The notes beneath the pieces are model-generated. The model worked only from the letters and a program-made list of their open reading frames with translations, was not told where the DNA came from and did no database searches. Below, one piece after another: positions 58,312 through 64,000 of a stretch of DNA of 64,000 nt (position 1 is the stretch's first letter; each line of letters opens with the position of its first letter). Position numbers and translations under genes: made by a program. The stretch lies in contig JAKAHZ010000005.1 in NCBI GenBank assembly GCA_021814615.1, forward strand, positions 4,786 through 68,785, in the 5' to 3' direction. The DNA is from Nitrospirota bacterium. Its GTDB lineage: Bacteria; Nitrospirota; UBA9217.

Positions 58312-58905
58312 ATGGGAATCTCCGTTCGCATCTTCTCCGATTACATCTGACCCTTCTGCTACATCGGCGAAGGCATCGTCGAAAAGCTTCGGCAGGAGTT
58401 CGATCTCGACGTTCTCTGGACAGGGATCGAGATCCATCCCGAAACGCCGGCCGGCGGCAGGCCGCTGATCGACCTGTTCCGGCAGGAGGACATCTCGAGA
58501 ATGGCGGAGCATCTGCGGGCAATGGGCGCTCCCTACGGCATCACCTTCGCGGACTTCGATCGGTTATCGTCGAGCAGGCAGGCGCTCCTTGCTGCGGAGT
58601 TTGCGCGGGATCAAGGCAGGTTCGCGGAATTCCATGCCGCTGTCTTTGCCGCCTATTTTTCGCAGGGCGTCGATATCGGCAGTCTCGATGCGCTGGCGGA
58701 CATCGCGCAAGAAACGGGGGTCGATCCGCAGGGCCTTGCTGTGGCCGTTCGCGGGGGGATCTACGCGGAACGCCTCGCGAAGGCACAAGAAGAGGCGGCC
58801 CGGCTCGGCGTGACCGGCGTTCCGACCTTCTTCATCGGTCAGCAACGGATCGTGGGAGCGCAGCCGATCGAGGTATTTCGCAAAGCCCTCCGGAAAGGTT
58901 CTTGA
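58312..58905 (+). CDS. DsbA/FrnE-like thioredoxin-fold oxidoreductase, probable selenoprotein (UGA at codon 13 replaces the first Cys of the CxxC motif: U-P-F-C)
   Basis: ATG at 58312; 'MGISVRIFSDYI' then TGA (58348-58350) then in-frame 'PFCYIGEGIVEKLRQEFDLDVLWTGIEIHPE...MAEHLRAMGAPYGITFADFDRLSSSRQALLAAEFA...LGVTGVPTFFIGQQRIVGAQ'. The frame is continuous through to the DsbA-family C-terminal domain, and a candidate stem-loop follows 3 nt after the UGA. Confidence 0.6.
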
Positions 58906-58930
58906 CGAAAGTGCAGGGAAGGGAGCGTTC

Positions 58931-60205
58931 TCAGGCGGAATCCTCGTCTTCGTCGGAGAGCAGGGGATCCTGACCGGCGACGGAGGCGCCTTTGCCGATC
59001 ACGACGATGCCGCCGGGACTCACGGCAAAGCGCTTCCGGTCCTCCGCGAGGTCGTAACCGATCACGGTGCGCGGCGGGATGACCACGTCCTTGTCGATGA
59101 TCGCCCTCCGGATGCGGCAATGCCTGCCGATTTCCACGTTCTCCATGAGGATCGATTCGCGCACGTCGCTGTAGGAATTGATGCGCACATTGAGCGAGAG
59201 CACGGAATTCTGCACGCGGCCGCCGGACACGATGCAGCCGTGGGCAACGATGGAGTCGAGCGCGATGCCGAGCCTTCCGCCCTTCTCCTCCTGGGCGAAG
59301 ACGAACTTGGCTGGCGGGCTCTGCGCCTGGTGCGTGCGAATCGGCCACTGGTTGTCATAGAGGTTCAACAGCGGATCGACGGCCACGAGGTCCATGTTCG
59401 CTTCCCAGTAGGCGTCGATGGTCCCCGCGTCGCGCCAGTATTTCGCCGCCTTCCGGTTCTCATCGATGAAATTGTAGGCGTAGACGCGCGAAGACCGCAT
59501 CATCTCCGGGATGATGTTCTTCCCGAAGTCATGGGACGTATCCCGCAAGGCATCTGAGTGCAGATGCTCGATGATCTTCTTCGTATTGAAGAGGTAGACG
59601 CCCATGGAGGCGAAGGCGAATTCGGGCCTGCCGGGAAGAGGACGGGGGGACGAGGGCTTCTCCTCGAAGCCGACGATGCGGGCATTTCGGTCCACTTCGA
59701 TGACGCCGAAGGCGGTGGCCTGCTGCCGGGGCACCTCGATAGCCGCCACCGTGGCATCGGCCCCCTTTTCCTTGTGGAACCGGAACATCTCGGCGTAATC
59801 CATCTTGTAGATGTGGTCGCCCGCAAGGATGAGCAGGTAGTCCGGCGCGTCCTTCTCGATCATGTAAATGTTCTGGTAGATCGCGTCGGCCGTGCCCTGG
59901 TACCATTTGTCTCCCACGCGCTGCTGCGGCGGCACGGAGATGATGAACTCCGAGAGCTCGCCGGAGAAGACGTTCCAGCCGAGCCGGAGGTGCTTGTCGA
60001 GGGAGAGCGATTTGTACTGCGTGAGGACCGCGATCTTGCGGATGCCGGAATTGATGCAGTTGGAAAGCGTGAAGTCGATGATGCGGTAGATGCCGCCGAA
60101 GGGGACGGCCGGCTTGGCGCGGTGCAGGGTGAGCGGATGGAGACGCTCGCCCTTGCCGCCGGCAAGGATCATGGCGAGGATGCTCATGCGTTTACGGGAG
60201 TTCAA
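58931..60205 (-). CDS. glgC: Glucose-1-phosphate adenylyltransferase
   Basis: 'ILAGGKGERLHPLT...RAKPAVPFGG.YRIIDF.LSNC.NSGI' canonical GlgC N-terminus; left-handed beta-helix C-terminus. Confidence 0.9.
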   Translation of the reverse strand: MNSRKRMSILAMILAGGKGERLHPLTLHRAKPAVPFGGIYRIIDFTLSNCINSGIRKIAVLTQYKSLSLDKHLRLGWNVFSGELSEFIISVPPQQRVGDKWYQGTADAIYQNIYMIEKDAPDYLLILAGDHIYKMDYAEMFRFHKEKGADATVAAIEVPRQQATAFGVIEVDRNARIVGFEEKPSSPRPLPGRPEFAFASMGVYLFNTKKIIEHLHSDALRDTSHDFGKNIIPEMMRSSRVYAYNFIDENRKAAKYWRDAGTIDAYWEANMDLVAVDPLLNLYDNQWPIRTHQAQSPPAKFVFAQEEKGGRLGIALDSIVAHGCIVSGGRVQNSVLSLNVRINSYSDVRESILMENVEIGRHCRIRRAIIDKDVVIPPRTVIGYDLAEDRKRFAVSPGGIVVIGKGASVAGQDPLLSDEDEDSA

Positions 60206-60707
60206 TGAAACCGGGCAAGATGTCGGATTGCCGGAACAGCAGGGATACGTGAAGAACCGGGAACAAACAGAAAAAGGCGTTGCCAGCGAACCGATTGGTT
60301 AACTTTCCGTTGAGCCTTGGTGCCCGCGGGGAAACCTCTTTCTTAAGAGAAAGTGACTCACTTCGGTGGTTTTGATCATCAAAACCGTTGAAGCCTGGTA
60401 CGTGCACCCGCGGTCATGGCGGCTTCGGGGCATTTGGCTCTTACGGGTCGGACGGACCCTGGTGCTGCCTACTGCATTGTTGCTCTACCGGTGCGGGAAC
60501 GCGCAACTGGCATTCCGCTTTCCGGTTTCGGCATCCGTCCGTCCGTTGCCTGAGTCCCCTGGATAACGGGTCAACATCTGGACACCTATTGGTGTGGGTT
60601 CGGCAACGCCTTTTTACGACCGGTTCTGTCAAAGACCCCTGCATCCTGTTGCTTTCTAGTATTAGTATAACACAATCTGTCAAGTGCGCCAGGGGGTCAG
60701 ATTTCTC

Positions 60708-60736
60708 TTGACCGACCGCCGGGCGAACGTTTAGAT
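60708..60736 (+). promoter_or_regulatory. Sigma70-like promoter TTGACC-17-TTAGAT upstream of the trpE/pabB-like gene
   Basis: Read directly ~30 nt upstream of ATG at 60765. Confidence 0.3.
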
Positions 60737-60764
60737 TTTTGGACTCCCGTAACGCCTGAAGGCC

Positions 60765-62282
60765 ATGACGATCTTCCCTGACAAAGAAACCTTTCTGTCC
60801 GCCGCGCGCGAGGGGCGCATCATCCCTCTTGCCGCCGAACTCGATGCAGCGGCGGTGAAGCCCCTGGGAGCGCTGCGCGCGCTGCGGCCGCGGGGATATC
60901 CCGTGCTGCTCGAAAGCGTCCGCAGGAACGAACGGATCGGGCGGTATTCCTTCGTTGCCGCCGACCCCTATCTGGCGTTCCGGTCACGGGGGGACGCGAT
61001 CGAGCTTCACTGGATGACCGCGCCGGAGGGCAAGTTCGGCAAGCGCGCGTCGCTCAGGCGCGAACCGCTGCGAAAGCTCCGGGAACTCATGGCAAACTAC
61101 CGGACGGAGCGCGTTCCGGGACTTCCTCCCTTCACCGGCGGCGCCGTCGGGTTCTTCTCCTACGACTTCGTCCATCGAATCGAGCGACGCCTGCCGCGCG
61201 CCGCTGCCGACGACCTCGGCCTGCCGGAGACCTCCTTCCTCTTTGTCGATCTCATTGCCGCCTTCGACCACCTTGCGGAGAAGGCTTGGGTGATCGTGAA
61301 CCCCGGCGCCCGGGAGCAGGAAATGGGTTTTCGCAGACCCGACCCCGATCAGTGGCCCCGGCTGTACGACGAGGCGGCCGCGCGCCTTGCCGGGGCGCAC
61401 CGCCTGCTTTCCTCCGCCGGGAGCGGCGAGGAACCGCTGCAGCCCGGCCGGGGAGGGCGCGCCTTCGCCCCGGCCCTGACGAAAGAGCGCTTCCTGTCCA
61501 TGGTGAGCAGGTGCAAGGACTACATCGCCGCGGGTGACATCTATCAGGCCAATCTCTCGCAGCGTTTCTCCTGCGACCTGGGCGGCCGCGATCCCCTGGA
61601 CCTCTATGCGGCTTTGCGGAGCGTCAACCCTTCTCCCTTTGCCGCCTATGCCGAGTTCGGCGACCTGACCGTGGTGAGCTCCTCTCCGGAACGGCTCGTG
61701 AGGCTCCGGGGCCGGAAAGCGGATACGCGGCCCATTGCCGGCACGCGCCGGCGCGGCCGGGACTTCGACGAGACGCGGGCGCTGTCCGCCGAACTTCTGA
61801 CGAACGAGAAGGAACGGGCGGAGCATATCATGCTGCTCGATCTGGAGCGGAACGACCTGGGCAAAGTGTGCGATTACGGCAGCGTCACGGTGGACGAGCT
61901 CATGGTCGTGGAGGACTATTCCCACGTGATCCATATCGTTTCAAATGTGCAGGGGGAGCTGGCCCGGGGACGCGACGGGTTCGACCTCATTCGCGCGGTC
62001 TTCCCGGGCGGCACGATCACCGGCGTGCCCAAGGTGCGGTGCATGGAGATCATCGACGAACTGGAACCCGTGGCACGGGGATTGTACACCGGTTCGCTGG
62101 GCTACCTTGCCAATACGGGCGACCTGGACCTGAATATCATCATCCGCACGTTTGTGGTGAAGAACGGCATCGCCTACGCACAGGTCGGCGCCGGGATCGT
62201 CGCCGATTCGGACCCGGAACGGGAATACCAGGAAACGCTCCAGAAGGCGGAAGCACTCCGGAAGGCGCTGGAACAGATATGA
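60765..62282 (+). CDS. Anthranilate/aminodeoxychorismate synthase component I family (chorismate-binding enzyme; TrpE/PabB-like)
   Basis: 'FTGGAVGFFSYD', 'SPERLV....G...TRPIAGTRRRG', 'EKERAEHIMLLDLERND', 'GTITGVPKVRCMEIIDELEP'. No adjacent glutamine amidotransferase gene, so PabB-like is as likely as TrpE. Confidence 0.75.
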   Translation: MTIFPDKETFLSAAREGRIIPLAAELDAAAVKPLGALRALRPRGYPVLLESVRRNERIGRYSFVAADPYLAFRSRGDAIELHWMTAPEGKFGKRASLRREPLRKLRELMANYRTERVPGLPPFTGGAVGFFSYDFVHRIERRLPRAAADDLGLPETSFLFVDLIAAFDHLAEKAWVIVNPGAREQEMGFRRPDPDQWPRLYDEAAARLAGAHRLLSSAGSGEEPLQPGRGGRAFAPALTKERFLSMVSRCKDYIAAGDIYQANLSQRFSCDLGGRDPLDLYAALRSVNPSPFAAYAEFGDLTVVSSSPERLVRLRGRKADTRPIAGTRRRGRDFDETRALSAELLTNEKERAEHIMLLDLERNDLGKVCDYGSVTVDELMVVEDYSHVIHIVSNVQGELARGRDGFDLIRAVFPGGTITGVPKVRCMEIIDELEPVARGLYTGSLGYLANTGDLDLNIIIRTFVVKNGIAYAQVGAGIVADSDPEREYQETLQKAEALRKALEQI

Positions 62283-62313
62283 TTGCCGTTCCCATACCTG
62301 AGACGCGAGGTCA

Positions 62314-62862
62314 TTGACATTCCACAGAAAATTCGCTAAAATCGCCGCAGTGAAAATGGCGATCTTCATCGGGCTTTTCGTACTTACCGCCTCCGTCGCA
62401 TTCGCGATCAAGGCCAACGACCCTGCTCCCTCCTTTGCGCTTCGTGATTCCCACGACGCGAATTTCTATCTTAGCGATTATGTCGGACCGAAAAAAAAGA
62501 AACCCTGTAAAGGCGTCATTCTTAATTTCTTTGCGTCTTACTGCAAACCCTGCAGAAATGAACTACCCGTCCTGAACCGACTGACGGAAGAATTCGAGCG
62601 GAAGGGCATCGTTATTGTCCTTATCGGCTTCAACGAAGATTTCGACCGAATCGGGGAACTACTCGGCGAACTCAAAGTTGACCGTCCCGTTATTCTTTCT
62701 GACAGATATGGAAAAGTAGGCGCAAAATACGGCGTGCGGTCGCTTCCCCTGTCGGTTTTTGTGGATGCGGACGGCATCGTCCGGAGTGTTCTTTTCGGCG
62801 AGTCGCCGGATATTGAGAAGGAATTCAGAACGAAGGCAGAGCAGCTGATGCGCCGGAAGTGA
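62314..62862 (+). CDS. TlpA/ResA-like thiol:disulfide oxidoreductase (redoxin family)
   Basis: N-terminal signal/anchor; 'ILNFFASYCKPCRNELP' is a CxxC thioredoxin-fold motif. ~46% GC region. Confidence 0.6.
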   Translation: MTFHRKFAKIAAVKMAIFIGLFVLTASVAFAIKANDPAPSFALRDSHDANFYLSDYVGPKKKKPCKGVILNFFASYCKPCRNELPVLNRLTEEFERKGIVIVLIGFNEDFDRIGELLGELKVDRPVILSDRYGKVGAKYGVRSLPLSVFVDADGIVRSVLFGESPDIEKEFRTKAEQLMRRK

Positions 62863-62885
62863 ACTGTCACCATGAGGGGAGCTGT

Positions 62886-63953
62886 ATGCTGAATAGCCGC
62901 AAACCGATTCTATCACGGGAAATACTTACGCCCACGCTGCTCGGACTAGTGTTGTTGCTCCTGTTCGATATGTCGGCCTGTTTTGTCTTTGCAGAGATCA
63001 CGCGCGCGCAACCAAAACGAGTGGAAAATTACATTGCCGTCTTCGACATCGAGGTCGTCGGCAAGGTCGACAAGGATATTTCACGACCCCTCTCAGACAG
63101 CATCCGTCGCGAGATCATCCGATCCGGTAGATATGAGGTCATCGACCGAAGCAATATGGATAAGATCCTGAACGAACAGGCTTTCCAGATGACCGGCTGC
63201 ACACAAAAGGACTGTGCCGTCGAAGCCGGCCAGATGCTTGGTGTGGGAAAAATCGTCATCGGGACGATCAGCAAGGTCGGTCAGACCTATTATCTGTCGT
63301 TATCAATGGTAAATGTCGAGTCAGGAAAGACCGAAAACGTTGAAGAGGATACGTGCAGATGCGAACTGGATGATCTCATTATGTCAAGCAAAAGGGTAGC
63401 CGCTAGACTTCTTGGCAGCTCAGGTGTAAACGGGGTCGGAAGCATCGGGAAATCAGATTCTTTAAATACAACAGGTAGAGTTGTAGAGACGAGTAATGAT
63501 CGGTTCGATGTCTATAGTAAGACGATATTTGATAAAAAGATTAACATCGTTTGGACAAAAAGTGCCAATGTTGCTTCAAAAAGCCTGACGCGTATTGAAG
63601 CGGAGCAATATGTTGATGCTTTAAATGAGAAACATTTTGCTGGTGCAAATAATTGGCGGTTTCCCACTGCGGATGAGATTGAAAGCCTCGTCGTTTATGC
63701 AAAGCAAAAAGGCTTGTTTTCGTACACCTACACTGAAGAAGCCGAAACATCAAAGAAAGCAATCGGAGAGTTTTACGCGAAATTTGGGATAACGGATCTT
63801 GTGATGGATGTGTACTGGTTATCCGCGGGCTGTGGAATTGATATTAGAGGTAAATTTTGCTATGTTTGGGATGCTGGGAAGAAAAACGACTATATCTATT
63901 ACGAACGCAGCGGTAATAAGTGTTACCTTTGGCTGGTCCATGATGTGGATTAG
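62886..63953 (+). CDS. Secreted fusion protein: CsgG/LpoB-like N-terminal domain + DUF1566 (Lcl-like) C-terminal domain
   Basis: GAGGGGA RBS. 'IAVFDIEVVGKVDKDISRPLSDSIRREIIRSGRYEVIDRSNMDKILNEQAFQMTG...LGVGKIVIGTISKVGQTYYLSLSMVNVESGK' resembles CsgG-family lipoprotein folds. C-terminal 'AEQYVDALNEKHFAGANNWRFPTADEIESL' resembles DUF1566. Low-GC DNA. Confidence 0.45.
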   Translation: MLNSRKPILSREILTPTLLGLVLLLLFDMSACFVFAEITRAQPKRVENYIAVFDIEVVGKVDKDISRPLSDSIRREIIRSGRYEVIDRSNMDKILNEQAFQMTGCTQKDCAVEAGQMLGVGKIVIGTISKVGQTYYLSLSMVNVESGKTENVEEDTCRCELDDLIMSSKRVAARLLGSSGVNGVGSIGKSDSLNTTGRVVETSNDRFDVYSKTIFDKKINIVWTKSANVASKSLTRIEAEQYVDALNEKHFAGANNWRFPTADEIESLVVYAKQKGLFSYTYTEEAETSKKAIGEFYAKFGITDLVMDVYWLSAGCGIDIRGKFCYVWDAGKKNDYIYYERSGNKCYLWLVHDVD

Positions 63954-64000
63954 ATAATTTGAAAGTGCCAGTGTGTTGAAGAATATCAAGCAGTGTTTCA

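Noticed and set aside
58138-58350. Cys-rich 70-aa ORF (MLLRNANPGDSDCQCPGRCRE...) upstream of the DsbA-like gene
   Set aside because: It ends at the very TGA proposed as Sec. Only its last 12 codons (from ATG 58312) align with DsbA/FrnE N-termini; the upstream part is more likely promoter or 5'UTR read in frame by chance.
60366-60566. Possible trp leader peptide or T-box upstream of the trpE-like gene (W-containing small ORF; GGTACGTGCACCCGCGG resembling T-box core)
   Set aside because: No tandem Trp codons, no terminator/antiterminator pair with a U-tract, and the T-box 14-mer is not matched on either strand; treated only as unexplained structured DNA.

Overview
High-GC (~65%) bacterial chromosomal window with about 55 genes, mostly on the + strand; content looks deltaproteobacterial but taxonomy is not determinable from sequence. 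Ordinary content: a LytS/LytTR two-component system beside an ABC/FtsX/LolA-like export cluster; tRNA-fMet; Wzi; a DEAD-box helicase; TsaD, DAHP synthase, an S1-domain protein, Lgt; an oxidative pentose-phosphate block (rpiB, gnd-like, tal, zwf, pgl); SorAB sulfite dehydrogenase; a YeeE/TusA-like pair; a hybrid PAS histidine kinase; GlgC; TrpE/PabB. Items worth attention: (1) a tight operon of fused transketolase, two small membrane proteins, a form-IV RuBisCO-like protein and a GGDEF protein, which is a candidate uncharacterised RLP pathway; (2) a DsbA/FrnE-like thioredoxin-fold gene with an in-frame TGA at the first active-site Cys (UxxC), a probable selenoprotein that automatic calling splits or pseudogenises; (3) a low-GC island carrying a gamma-class N6-adenine methyltransferase overlapped by a PD-(D/E)xK nuclease (type II R-M), bounded by terminators, next to a 958-aa secreted protein; (4) a degraded region at the tRNA-fMet 3' end with an intact HigA-like antitoxin and a truncated toxin remnant; (5) several families of short intergenic repeats, including a ~100-nt nested-palindrome element upstream of at least 5 genes and CGCGAAG heptamer arrays downstream of genes; (6) a promoter-to-terminator candidate sRNA or long leader upstream of the helicase. 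No CRISPR array, rRNA, transposase or integrase was seen.
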